A stretch of 62,848 bases of DNA, the filler included, from Stramenopiles sp. TOSAG23-3 (Eukaryota): NCBI GenBank assembly GCA_900128585.1. It is 35 parts of 35 records of this genome, joined end to end, with 100 filler letters (N's around TTAATTAATTAA, not from the genome) between each part and the next. Parts side by side here need not be neighbours in the genome. Positions count along the whole stretch, not along the records: positions 7,514 to 14,900 come from LT643162.1; positions 15,001 to 22,378 come from LT643163.1; 33 more parts are not named here. One strand, 5' to 3'. The position numbers were made by a program, and so were the translations under genes. The notes beneath the pieces are model-generated. The model was not told the DNA's origin, made no database searches, and saw only the letters and a list, made by a program, of their open reading frames with translations. Shown piece by piece: positions 11,201 to 22,478 of this stretch. How positions within the stretch are numbered: position 1 is the first letter of the stretch; each line of letters begins with the position of its first letter.

Positions 11201-14200
11201 GTCGTATGATTTTCGTTTAGTCGACATCAAAAACCAAAACATCTTCTTCAATTCAAACAGGAGGCTCTGAAGTTGAGTGCCGTACTTGACACCATCAACA
11301 TCTTCATTTGATATCGGCTGCGATAGCAAAACGCCATCCCGGAATTTCTTTACCATGAAAAACTGCTGAATCAGGGAATTTATGTAACAAGTAAGCCCTT
11401 GGTTGTCCAAACCGGCAAATTCGGCACCGGACGCCCCACGTTTGTCTTGCCCTACCGTATATGCCCACTGAGTCACAGGGGCATTTTCTAGTCCCTGCGG
11501 GACCAGCGACGAAGCGGTTAAACAAATTTTCTGCTTCAGGCGCATCAGGTTTTCTCCATTTGGCGATTCCGATATCAAAATTTGGTGAAGCAACCTGTAC
11601 GCAATACTTCTGCTGCCAGAAGTCCGGCAAAGATTCCCCCCAGAAAAGTCAAAAAGACACTTCTGTAGCAAAGTTTCTGTTAATCTGTTTAGCATATCGT
11701 ATTCACATAGCAAATGGAAGGATTTGTCTTTGACCATGGTGATAAACGCTTGGATGACCAACAACATTCCATGTACATACTGTGGGGAACATGCACTTGC
11801 CCGCAAAGTTTCTAAAGAGTATATGAATTTCCTCAGCGAATTCGCATTTTCAGTTCTAAAACTTGTATTATGAATTTCTTTTAGCGCCAAGAAGAAATGC
11901 AGGCACGACGGCGATTTCTTATCCACATTCTCAAATTCAGACATTAACATTTCATACAACTGTTTTTTCCCACCAAGATCTGATTTTTCACCAATGATTT
12001 TCACGCAGAGAAAAACGTTATTTTGTATGCGAGGTGACGTCCCATTTTGCAAGACCTTTAAGAATTCGACGAATTCTTTTCGGCCGCAGGCTTTGTTAAG
12101 CTTGCCCAGGTCAATTGCAGAAACACAAAATATTTGCTTCATTCCTTTCATACAGTTAATGACAATTTTTTCACAATTTGCGGAAAATTTTTCCTCTACA
12201 CCGTAAACTCTCACACAACGCACATACTGCTGCACCAAACCGAGCAAGTGCTTTTCTTCATAATATTCTGGTTTCACACGCTGAAATTTCTGCATATCCC
12301 GAATATAAATCACGAATATATGAGCAGATAGCCACAACACGTACTGGTGGAACTTCGATGATCTATTTTTCGATAGACAAAATATTTTTTCCAGCATCTC
12401 AATTCCACCTTCGGCAAGAAACTCAGCCTTCCAGCGGTCTATTGCAGCCAAATCTAATTGCCCCGATTGCTTCAAAAATATTGAAGGTACGTTTGGTGTA
12501 TTGTATTCAGCAGTTGATATAAAACGCCAGATGCCAAGAAGCCTGTAGTGCAATTGAGAAGGGACCATTTCGTTAAAATCAAGAAATGCGCTCCAGTCAA
12601 CCGTTTTGGGCGAACGAAGCTGTTTCAACACACCACTCCCTGTGGGGAGCAACCCAATGAGATCCGAACATGATTCCGCCACTCGTTGACTACAATGACC
12701 TAGCATTTTGTAGAGACAACCGAAAAATGGAGATCTGGACATGATTGTACCAGGTTGGTGCTCCATATTGGACGAGTCCTCGACATGATCATGGCCCTCC
12801 TTCGTGCTTTCTGTGGCAATCACGGAGGGGTACACAGGGGATTTTTCGCAAAGAAAAAGGCTGACAAGAAAGTGGTTCCCGTCACTGCTCATTCTATTAC
12901 GCTGAACAACATCTTGCACTAAGTGATTGCTCGACGCTGTCTTATCGTTGTTACCGTATCTCACAACGGCATCCACGTTGTCAAGTTGCCCGTACTTCTC
13001 GGGATTTTTTCGCAAAAGCTCTAATGACCTTTGCACAAATGATCCGATTAATTCAAGGTTGAGGGCGTCTATGGGCACAAACTGCCACGACATTGTGTCG
13101 CCAGAAGGCACGAAATCATTTTCAAACTTCAGAACAAGCTTGATTTTGATTGGAAACCACTTTTGGTAAACGCCGTGGGCATATCTCGTAGTGCCACACT
13201 CTTTCGCTACAGATTTGACATATTGTCGCAATAGGCTTAGCAAGCGGACAACTTTTGATTCGTCTTCTACAGTATTCTTCCCACTGAAGGTTTCAATCTG
13301 CTCAAAAGCAGCTGAAATCAGACTTTTCCGCGAAGATAAATAGCCTACACGACTACGACAGTTGTACAGCTGAATTAAAAAAAATTTGGTTTCCCTTACA
13401 AGATCATCGTCAACGGCCAGAAGGTATATTTCCCAAACTTTGTCAATGCCTACCACGTCATTGACGTTCAACACAAATGTCATAAAGGGTCGATTCCCTT
13501 GCTTATCATCGGACTGCACAGTTATCACAGTGTTGTTACGTTCGAAAAACAAGCACCGAAAGGATTTGAACGCTTGAACCGTAAAACCGTTAACCGGTAA
13601 TTTTGAAACGAGAGTGTCAAAAACATAGGCGATCGTTTCGTCTGTAGGCTGTTCAATATAAACGTCCTTGTTGAGCACGAACGATTGTAAATATTTCATT
13701 AGGTAGTCAAGGTCTTTGGCTGAAAGGTACGCCCACAGGTCTGCCAAATTTTGTCTCGACAATGTATAATCACTACGCTCCATGAAAGTGTGTATCCCGT
13801 GCAAAAAAGCACGCGCGACTTCTTCAGGGTATTTTGCCCGGCCAGACGCTTTTTTTATGCCATTGAAAGCAATTTGGAACAGATTCATGGCGGTGTTTAT
13901 TGTCCTAATAATTTCTGAAGATGCTGCTCGCAATTCCACCGTTGTAGGATTATCACTAGAGCAAAGCGAATAGGACCCTTCTTGAAGCAACGCCTCCAAA
14001 ATTTTCATGCCAGAATCTGGGGCAATAGTCTCCTCCTCCAACGCAACAAGGGTGCGCTTCATGTGTTGGTAAAGATTGCCCATGTCAACAAAGCCTGCCG
14101 CAATTAATTGAACCATAGTGTCGTCGAACACTTCGTTCAACCGCGCGTCATTTTGTTCAAGAAAATACCACACTAGGTTCAAAAACAACGCCCTGCACTT

Positions 14201-14900
14201 AAACCCTTGGTTTGATAGCGAAACGTTTTTTGTGGTAACAACTAGAGTCTCGAGATCACCAATAAATTTCAAAAACGAGCTCTTGACGAAGCGTGAGTGG
14301 TCCCCGCGCATTATCAAATTTTCAACGAGGAAAGACAAAAGACGGAAAGAGAACGTTGATTGCACCGACAGCGGGACACGGAGTGATATTGCAATTAGCC
14401 TGTACATGAGCGCAATTTCGTCATCTCGCTTACCATCTATGGCGCCCCACATCATTTCTAGGTCTCGTGGAGCTATTCCACCATTAAAAGCTATGTACTG
14501 GACTAAATCGTTGCTTTTTTTCAAAATTTCAGTATGCATACTTTCTCCAAAAATGGATGACAGGATGTGTTCGTCCTTCACATACTGGACGATCTCTTGG
14601 GCCTGAATTTGGACCCCCTGACAGTACCCGTCGGCTTCTCTATACGAATCTAACACGCAATATCTGCTCAGATATTTTATTGCAAACAGTCGCTTTTCGA
14701 GGACAGCTGAGTTTAAACACTTACGGACAAAAGCGACATGCTTTTTAAGAAAATTAACGTTTGGGAATAATTTCGTTCCCATCTTGGCAGAACTCCACAG
14801 CAGGGTGGTAAGCGTTTCGTTGTCCTCTGATTTCAACTCGTCGTCACTTAAATTTAAGAGGCGGTCACATATAATATCGTTCACGGGTTCCAACTCTCTA
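8258..14900 (-). CDS. Ubiquitin carboxyl-terminal hydrolase, USP9/USP24/USP34 type, 5'-truncated
   Basis: More than 2200 uninterrupted codons. Cys box GLDNQGLTCYINSLIQQFF, QNDACEFF, LPPTLILHLKRFE, His box GVIVHSGTANAGHYYSF, WYEFNDDIV, NAFMLFYER. The N-terminal LEKRLFAI...IFGESMHTEILKKS segment is typical of this subfamily. Confidence 0.93.
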
Positions 14901-15317
14901 NNNNNNNNNNNNNNNNNNNNNNNNNNNNNNNNNNNNNNNNNNNNTTAATTAATTAANNNNNNNNNNNNNNNNNNNNNNNNNNNNNNNNNNNNNNNNNNNN
15001 ACAGCCCAAGGAAGACGCACACAAAAAGGTACACCACAGCCAACCTTCTCTTCATCACTATCGTCTATACCAAACAAGACATTGTTTGCATACGAACGTG
15101 GAAATGTTCTGACTCACTTTACTGCATATTATCTGCGATATACCGGATTGGTTGCAATTGATCGACCATAGTAGTAGAGTAAGCGTAAAGGTTCCTTTCT
15201 CACATTCCTTGCTTGAATAAAAAGCGATATATATATAGTCACACTGGTATTATATTAGTTGTTGTTCTTATTATAATTTTAGTCTCTCTCTGGTGCGGTA
15301 CTGTGCCACTGTAGAGC

Positions 15318-15382
15318 ATACAATTTAACTGACTCCCCCCTTTTTTCAGGATACAATTTAACTGGCTCCCCCCTTTTTTCAG
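15318..15382. repeat. 33-bp tandem duplication
   Basis: ATACAATTTAACTGACTCCCCCCTTTTTTCAGG followed by ATACAATTTAACTGGCTCCCCCCTTTTTTCAG (1 mismatch). Confidence 0.9.
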
Positions 15383-15489
15383 TTTCTTTCTTCTTTACAC
15401 TTATTTGGCGCCCTGTTTTAACATGATTAGTCTACCTTCCTCCTATCACATATATATTATAGATGATTATTATTTTCACCAAAAGAAGA

Positions 15490-15507
15490 CCTAACCCTAA
15501 CCCTAAC
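15490..15507. repeat. Short interstitial (CCCTAA)n telomere-like tract
   Basis: CCTAACCCTAACCCTAAC; TTAGGGTTTAG lies nearby at ~15639. Confidence 0.5.
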
Positions 15508-15738
15508 TAAGAGAAACAACAACAAAAATTGAAAAAAATGCAATCACAACTCATCTCCCACTTTTTACATTTAAACGATAAATTATTTTTCTTATCATTT
15601 AAAAAAAGAACGTAAGCTAAAACATTTTTACCACCAAGTTAGGGTTTAGCGACATCTTCGCAGGTTTATGTATGATATTACGACTTGAAAACAATTCATC
15701 ATTATGATCATCATAATACGTTTTGGGATAGATCCAGG

Positions 15739-15772
15739 CATCTACAAAACAATAATGGCCGCTGTCTCAAAC
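15739..15772 (+). repeat. Dispersed motif B, copy 1
   Basis: CATCTACAAAACAATAATGGCCGCTGTCTCAAAC; matches 46378-46408. Confidence 0.7.
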
Positions 15773-15866
15773 GTTCGTCCTGGTATAAAATTTATCAGGT
15801 TTCAAATGTTTCCCAGGTTTCACCAGCTCCAGATAAAACTATGTTCGTAAAAATAAAATATTTTAT

Positions 15867-15890
15867 AAAACAAGAAAATTGGCTGTTATT
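15867..15890 (+). repeat. Dispersed 24-bp motif A, copy 1
   Basis: AAAACAAGAAAATTGGCTGTTATT, 25 bp beyond the stop of the 15916-18279 gene. Confidence 0.9.
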
Positions 15891-15915
15891 CTTACAATTT
15901 ATTAGTGAAAGATGT

Positions 15916-18279
15916 TCAAACTTTGCAATTACCATAACCACAGTCCTTTGTATCGCAAGATGGTTCGCAAGAGGGAAAGTCTACCAACCATTTGTCGACG
16001 CAATAGTAAGAGCATTGACGGGCACACCCAGTTTCTTTCAAGTTCATCATTTTTCGCAGGTTGCTGCTGCATTCCTCGGAGTCGATCCACCCATTGCTGC
16101 ATACGGGATTGTCCGATGCGGTAAGGGACCAGTCTGCACCAACAACGTTTTCCACCCACGGCGGCATTGCTGCGAGAGAGTTGTTGCGCACATCTAAATA
16201 CACCAACCTAAACTCTCCCATCCCGTCTGGGAACGAATCGACGGTCAATCTATTCCTCGCAATGTAGAAGTAACGGAGGTGCTTCAATGTCCCAATGCTG
16301 GCCGGTAGCGAGGTCAGGTTATTCCCAGAAATACTCAAGAGGGAGAGAGATGGAGATGTCTCGTGCCCCAGATTGGGCAATATCGAAATGGAATTGTTCG
16401 ACATTTCAAGGTAATGAAGGTTCTCCAGGTCCACCTCGGTGCCACCAAGTGAACCTGAGATTTGGTTCGACCCTGCGAACAATGCATACAATTCTTTCCT
16501 TCTCCAAAGTGCAGAGGGGAGTTCTTTTACGTTGTTGAACGCCACATCCAGTGTGTGCAAAAGGGGCAGTGTCGCGACGGCATCGGGAATCAAGGACAGT
16601 TGGTTGTTTCTAACGCTTAGTAATGACAAGTAATCCATCTTTTTCCCAAACTCTTGGCTCAATTCCTTCAGACCTACGTTCATGATTTCGGCACGGCGCA
16701 GCCCATCCATCGTGTTCACCACGTCCGGCAGGGCGCTCATGTTGAGATCTGACATCTTCAGCACAGCACAATTACAGCGCGGCGAAAACAAATTCCTACA
16801 GAGTGGAACCTTGACCCTGCAGTTTCCCCATACGGCTCGCTCCGGGGCCTGAGCCCCGCACAGCGCCGTGAAGCCTGGGTTGGCTACGGTAGCGGCCAAA
16901 AACACTACCATGGCAGACATGAAAGCCACGAATGTTCCCAGAACGAGGCGGACTACAAAAAGTGTGGACGGCGGCACATTGTCCCCTTGGATTTCTGCAA
17001 TCATATCAAACGCGAGCTGTGCATGGTTTATGTTCAGAGTTCTGCGCACGTTGCGGAACTGTTTCGCTACATTCTCGCGCAAAGTTTCATTTAGCAGAGA
17101 TTTAAGCTTTATCATGACCAGAATAGAATCTATCAAGACGATCTGAATCATCTCGGAAAGCGTTACTTTCACATCATACATCATATAAACCATATACGGT
17201 GGCAGCCAGGTCTCCAAAATCCTGGCCACAATTGCCACTTTCAGCCGCAGGCCCCGCAGCGCAACCGTGTTTACCCGGAAAGTGCTCCAGAGGATAAATA
17301 TCCTTTGCAAAGTAATCGCTACGCAGTAGATCGTCAGCACGACCGTATCCAACGTGCAGGAGAAGATTGAGATGAAGTTTACGATGGAGATGGCAGTAGA
17401 GGCAATCTGAAACCCATAGACTTTCATCATGTAATAAGGGCCTGTAATCGAAAACAATTTCTTTACCCTGCTGATCGATTTGTACGACAAGACCAGTTTT
17501 TTCCGTTCCGAGCTGTCGCCGACGTGTGTTATCGCGCGCACGAGAGCTCGCCGCATGATATTGTACGGTCGGTGTACAGCCTGCCTCTCTGCATCTTTAG
17601 GTGTTAGTTGGCGCACAAGTTGCATTTTCCTCGAACTTGGACGATGCCGTTGCATTGCATGCTCCACGTTCACTATCCCCATCATGCTGTCCTCTATAAA
17701 ATGTTTGATGATGTGCTTGTGCGATGTTGCAGTTCCCCTCTTAGCCCGGGAGCTGCCAATATGTCTCAAACTCTTTGACGTGTTCTGATGAACTTGTAGT
17801 TTGATTTCCTTTATCACATTGTATTTTGCCGTGAGGGCGGAGTGGACCCCAAGATAAAGGTATCCTACTCCTAACATCACGAAAATGATGATCCCCATAC
17901 GTCTGAAATTAGCGAAATGTGCCGTGTACTCCCAAATTAAAATGACCTGAGGGCCTGCAAGAAGGATCATAGACAGGATAATAATGACGCCTTTGACCTG
18001 CACGGCATGAAAAAAAGAAAAACTTTCAACGTCATCTTGCATCTGCGTCAGTCTCCCTTTGGTTTCGCTACTACGACTAATCACCCGTCCAATAGGCGTA
18101 TCCGCCATTGACAGTTCCAAGTTTTTAATGACCACTGGTGCATCATCCTCACTAGTGTCGCTATCACTGATTTCAACGATAGGCCGCGGAGGAGACTGCA
18201 GGGAAGGGTCTCCTTTTCTCATGGGATTACTCGTAAATAGACCATCCATTTTATATAACACAGTGCAATCAAAATGCAA
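15916..18279 (-). CDS. Multi-pass membrane protein with C-terminal leucine-rich repeats and an LNR-like Cys module
   Basis: Several hydrophobic helices in the N-terminal two thirds. LRRs LSLLSVRNNQL, LHTLDVAFNNV, LHYLEMSNNSI, LSLLSISGNNL, LVYLDVRNNSL. Ends in CSYYCVDKWLVDFPSCEPSCDTKDCGY. Confidence 0.85.
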   Translation of the reverse strand: MHFDCTVLYKMDGLFTSNPMRKGDPSLQSPPRPIVEISDSDTSEDDAPVVIKNLELSMADTPIGRVISRSSETKGRLTQMQDDVESFSFFHAVQVKGVIIILSMILLAGPQVILIWEYTAHFANFRRMGIIIFVMLGVGYLYLGVHSALTAKYNVIKEIKLQVHQNTSKSLRHIGSSRAKRGTATSHKHIIKHFIEDSMMGIVNVEHAMQRHRPSSRKMQLVRQLTPKDAERQAVHRPYNIMRRALVRAITHVGDSSERKKLVLSYKSISRVKKLFSITGPYYMMKVYGFQIASTAISIVNFISIFSCTLDTVVLTIYCVAITLQRIFILWSTFRVNTVALRGLRLKVAIVARILETWLPPYMVYMMYDVKVTLSEMIQIVLIDSILVMIKLKSLLNETLRENVAKQFRNVRRTLNINHAQLAFDMIAEIQGDNVPPSTLFVVRLVLGTFVAFMSAMVVFLAATVANPGFTALCGAQAPERAVWGNCRVKVPLCRNLFSPRCNCAVLKMSDLNMSALPDVVNTMDGLRRAEIMNVGLKELSQEFGKKMDYLSLLSVRNNQLSLIPDAVATLPLLHTLDVAFNNVKELPSALWRRKELYALFAGSNQISGSLGGTEVDLENLHYLEMSNNSISILPNLGHETSPSLSLLSISGNNLTSLPASIGTLKHLRYFYIARNRLTVDSFPDGMGEFRLVYLDVRNNSLAAMPPWVENVVGADWSLTASDNPVCSNGWIDSEECSSNLRKMMNLKETGCARQCSYYCVDKWLVDFPSCEPSCDTKDCGYGNCKV

Positions 18280-19386
18280 TCAATACAATCGATCAAAACG
18301 GGATGAATAAATCAAGGTCTGTCTAACTGATCAATTTCTATTTCATTTTATTTTTTATAAAATTAATATAAGAAAAAGACCACCAAAAAGCCAGTTTCTT
18401 CCTTTTTTGTTGTAGAGGAGGAGTGGTGGTGTGAGGAGGAGTGTGAGGGAAGGAAGGTAGATGAAAAGAAGAAGTGAAAAGTGAAAAGCGAGAAAATCAT
18501 TCAAAAACAAAAAAGAGTCATCCTTCTATCTCCTATATAAATACTATAAATAATTACTACATATTTTATACTATAGGTGTATACCATTCATAACGGTAGT
18601 TACGTATATTACACAAAAAGCAATAGTGAGTCGTTAGTCTTCATTCTTTCCTCACCATCCTTTCGTTTAACATATTCAGTATAACTTATTCCTATCAATA
18701 GTATATACTAATATACAAATACATCTAGGTAGCATAGAAGAAACGATTCTACATAACAATAGCATCACTTCAGAATGAGGAATCAAAGAAGAAAAGGAAA
18801 AGAAAAAAGTCAACAAAATGGGGGAACACCACAATCCATACTATGTTGATGTTCCTACCATCAATTCTATCCACCACATGATTCATCTTAATATTTAGAT
18901 CATTTTCATCCTACTTTTTACCGTTTGTACTAATAAAGTTTACAACGTCCCTCTGCAATATATCTGTATTGTTGAAGAATATAGACACACCATTGATATT
19001 ATCAATTATGAGTGAAATAGCACCGATATGAATAATACACTTTTTATGACACTTTCGTTACTGAATCAATTAAGGAATATGAGACAGATAGAAATGGCTC
19101 ATTGCGTTGCACAAATTGAATTATAGGTTGAATAAAGTCAAACACCAATTTGGTTTGATTTCATACGATTACTAGTAGTTCCTTAATATCTGGATCGTTC
19201 AGAAAAGTTTGGAAAAACAATTTCCAAGTTTTGTATGTGTGAAATGTACCAAACGATTAAGCCAACTGGCTTGGATTGAAAAGAAAAGGATCTCCTTTGA
19301 GGGCGATGAGAAAAGTTGTTAGAGAGAGAGTAAACGATTGCGAGAGATTGTTGGTTCGTATTTGTTTTTGTTGTTCGGAATTAATT

Positions 19387-22194
19387 ATGAAGCATAGTAT
19401 AATATTGTTGCTTGGAATCCTGTTGGGGTTCCTCGCTTTGAGCGGTTTTGCAGCGGAGTTGAAGGATGCGATGCAGCAGCGATCGATGCGCGGTAGTGAT
19501 GGCGAGGAGGATTCTCCCATGGGTTCTACGATGCAGAAGAAACTAGCAGCCCAGCGGATGATGGCGAAGAAGGTAAAAGCGAAGACAGAAACGGTTTCCG
19601 AGTCTGTTGCGGACGTTGCGCCGGAAGCCGAAGGGGCGTCTGGCCCAGCTCCGACTGGCGCCACTGGCTCGACGGAATTAGACTCGGTGAAGAGTGGCGA
19701 CGAGGAAGAACTACTTGCGGACGATGCATTTCAGATTGCCCCGACCGGCAAAGAAGAAAGTTCAGCCACGGCCAGCGAAGACTCCGCACCAAAGGAACAA
19801 GAGGCGACCGGTGTCGAGGACGCCGACAAAAGTGCCGAACCAGCGGAGGCTACTGGTGCGACCGATGATGAGACTGGCGCGGAGACCGAAGCAAAGACTG
19901 GTGCAGAGACCGAAGCAAAGACTGGTGCAGAGACTGGTGCAGAGACTGGTGCAGAGACTGGTGCAGAGACTGGCGCAGAGACTGGCGCAGACCAAGCGCA
20001 GGAGAGTGCAAAACCGACCTGCGATGACTACAACAAACATTGTGTTTCAAAATGCAACAACGAGAGGGATCCAAAGCCATGCAAATCCCAATGCCGGACG
20101 CTGTTTGATATTTGCTCGATGTCCTATACTAAAAAACAGGGAGCAGAAAAGACGGAGCAGAGTGCCGAGACAGGTACTGAGACCCCGACTGCGGCTACGG
20201 GCGCAGAACAAACGGAGCAGAGCGCCACAGCAACCGAGGCGACCGGTGCAGCAGAAGAGAGCGCTACTGCAACCGATGCCACCGGTGCCGAGGAAAAGGC
20301 CGCAACAGGAGCCACCGGGGCTGAGAAAGAAGACGCCACTGCAAGCGAGACGGGAAGTGAGACGGGAACCGAAACGGGCACCGAAGAGGCAGGCGAGCCC
20401 GAAGAACTAGCACCAACCCGAAAATATGACGCAACCGTGTCCATGTACCAACTGAGCGACAAGACCCAAATGGACCTCGAGGTGTCCAAAAGTGTTTTCA
20501 AATGTTGGGCAAACAGTTCATGGAACGAAAATAAGTGCGACGGCTACAACTATATGTGCCCAACCTTTACGGGTGACGCAAAAGACCCTCGAACCAAAAT
20601 TTCAACCAGCTCTTTCCTTAAAACTGTCGGTAAGAATGCGTTCGACATGGCCAGCAATGACTACCATATTGACAACAATATTGACAGGAAAGCCAAAATT
20701 GCGATTCTGCAGCAGAACAGTCAGCCAGCTGAGGTTACTGAGAAAGACAAGGTAGTAAAAAAGCACAAGACCATTTACCACTATCAACATTTAATCGAAG
20801 AGGGCGAGTTTGGGGAAAAAGTTGAGCGTAAAAAACTATGCACGAACGCGCAAGATATGGCTCTAGAGACGAAAGAGATTAGGAAACTGTGCAGGACAGT
20901 TGAACAGGAGGAGGCGTTGCTAAAAGAGTTTACGAAAGTTGCGATGGACAATTTCGTAACGGACAAAGACCATGCGAGGCGTCCCCAAAAGGCGATTACC
21001 CAAAAGGCGATTGCGACAAAGAAGTGCGACTGTCGGGATGAATGGCTACTCAACAAGAAAATTTATTTTGGATGCGATAAGCGCCACCCTAGATTCCATA
21101 GGACCTGGTGTTATACCATCGGAAAATGTCCAATGAATAAAAAGGGGGGCTGGAGATTTTGCACGGAGCCGACCAAAAAGCAAACCGCTAAGGTCGCCAA
21201 GACATCGGAAAAGCACCATTCCGATGACATTTCAAAATACTTGAACACTGATGCGCTTCGAATAGATTCAAGCTGGCTAACATTTGCGCAGGTTGCGGAA
21301 GAATACTCCGTGTCCGACGAATCAACACAACACAGCAAAATCATGATGTGGCAAGCACGTTTAAAAGACGCTGGGTTCTACGACGGCCCCATTGATGGGG
21401 CGGTGTCCGAAGATCTGAAAGTCGCCCTGAAAAAAGAAATCAAACACCTGAAAAACCAAATTATCACGCTAATGTTTCAAAACCTGAAGCACAAGTCGGT
21501 CGAGCTGGCAAAAAAAGGTGTCCTTCACGGCAACAGCATAATCTCCAAGGAAGACTTTGGGCAGATGAATGCGGCCTTGTGTCTGTGCGGCAAGCAACTG
21601 AAAGCTTACGAACGGTTTAAGTGCAAGTCGGTCCTTGATGGACGGTTTAAACCGTCTCACCATTCCACAAAGGACTACAACAGTTGCTACGAACACTACC
21701 GCAAACTCAACCAGAAGGACGCCGCCTGCCTGTGCCCAGTGAACCCATCGATCGGGCCATGTGGCGTCCCGGTCCATCTTGATCTATACAGTGGGAAAAA
21801 GCTAAATGCGATAGACATTGAAATCCCCAAGGCATGCCAAAACTTAAATGTTTCCACGGAAAACGTTGAGATCAAGGGCTTGAAAAAATTCCGACAGTTT
21901 GAAGACTACATTCGTACGACCGTGAAGAGCCACGTGCGAGTAGCAGACATGACCGTTGCATGGGAAGATAAAATTCCCAGAGCTCTGGGAAAAATTGCCC
22001 GAGACAATTGCGAGGATCTAGCCTGGTCCGTAGACATTGGCCACGGCGCGTTGGTCATTAATTTCAAAGGCCTTGGGATGAGCGTTGCTGGTACATGCAA
22101 ATCAAAGGAAAAGAAAAATAGAGGTCGCGCATTGCTAGAGAGTAGCCGTAGAAATCGACGATTGTTGCAGTACGCCCAAGTGAAAGGATGTTAA
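19387..22194 (+). CDS. Large secreted protein: ATGA/ETGA mucin-like repeats, FN2/kringle-like Cys module, putative peptidoglycan-binding domain
   Basis: The ATG at 19387 starts a signal peptide, MKHSIILLLGILLGFLALSGFA. Also CDCRDEW...YFGC...TWCYTIGKC...GWRFC, WQARLKDAGFYDGPIDGAVSEDLKVALKK, and C-terminal RRNRRLLQYAQVKGC. Confidence 0.85.
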   Translation: MKHSIILLLGILLGFLALSGFAAELKDAMQQRSMRGSDGEEDSPMGSTMQKKLAAQRMMAKKVKAKTETVSESVADVAPEAEGASGPAPTGATGSTELDSVKSGDEEELLADDAFQIAPTGKEESSATASEDSAPKEQEATGVEDADKSAEPAEATGATDDETGAETEAKTGAETEAKTGAETGAETGAETGAETGAETGADQAQESAKPTCDDYNKHCVSKCNNERDPKPCKSQCRTLFDICSMSYTKKQGAEKTEQSAETGTETPTAATGAEQTEQSATATEATGAAEESATATDATGAEEKAATGATGAEKEDATASETGSETGTETGTEEAGEPEELAPTRKYDATVSMYQLSDKTQMDLEVSKSVFKCWANSSWNENKCDGYNYMCPTFTGDAKDPRTKISTSSFLKTVGKNAFDMASNDYHIDNNIDRKAKIAILQQNSQPAEVTEKDKVVKKHKTIYHYQHLIEEGEFGEKVERKKLCTNAQDMALETKEIRKLCRTVEQEEALLKEFTKVAMDNFVTDKDHARRPQKAITQKAIATKKCDCRDEWLLNKKIYFGCDKRHPRFHRTWCYTIGKCPMNKKGGWRFCTEPTKKQTAKVAKTSEKHHSDDISKYLNTDALRIDSSWLTFAQVAEEYSVSDESTQHSKIMMWQARLKDAGFYDGPIDGAVSEDLKVALKKEIKHLKNQIITLMFQNLKHKSVELAKKGVLHGNSIISKEDFGQMNAALCLCGKQLKAYERFKCKSVLDGRFKPSHHSTKDYNSCYEHYRKLNQKDAACLCPVNPSIGPCGVPVHLDLYSGKKLNAIDIEIPKACQNLNVSTENVEIKGLKKFRQFEDYIRTTVKSHVRVADMTVAWEDKIPRALGKIARDNCEDLAWSVDIGHGALVINFKGLGMSVAGTCKSKEKKNRGRALLESSRRNRRLLQYAQVKGC
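19870..19992 (+). repeat. 12-bp coding tandem repeat (GAGACTGGTGCA)n, encoding ETGA
   Basis: About 10 units, read directly. Confidence 0.92.
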
Positions 22195-22478
22195 AAAAGC
22201 AAATTATATAGGATGTTAAATTGCGTAATAATCAAATCTAGATCTTTAGGATATTTTCAGCCATTACACGTAATATTTACAACCAGCGCGATCAGCTCCT
22301 CACCAACCAACTGGAACCTGATTTCATGTACCTTCCATTTGGTGCAGAAAGTTGTCCTTTTCGCGTTGCATCCCCTCCNNNNNNNNNNNNNNNNNNNNNN
22401 NNNNNNNNNNNNNNNNNNNNNNTTAATTAATTAANNNNNNNNNNNNNNNNNNNNNNNNNNNNNNNNNNNNNNNNNNNN

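Noticed and set aside
8258-14893. Non-standard genetic code
   Set aside because: Multi-kb ORFs are open under the standard code, and TAA, TAG and TGA all end genes.
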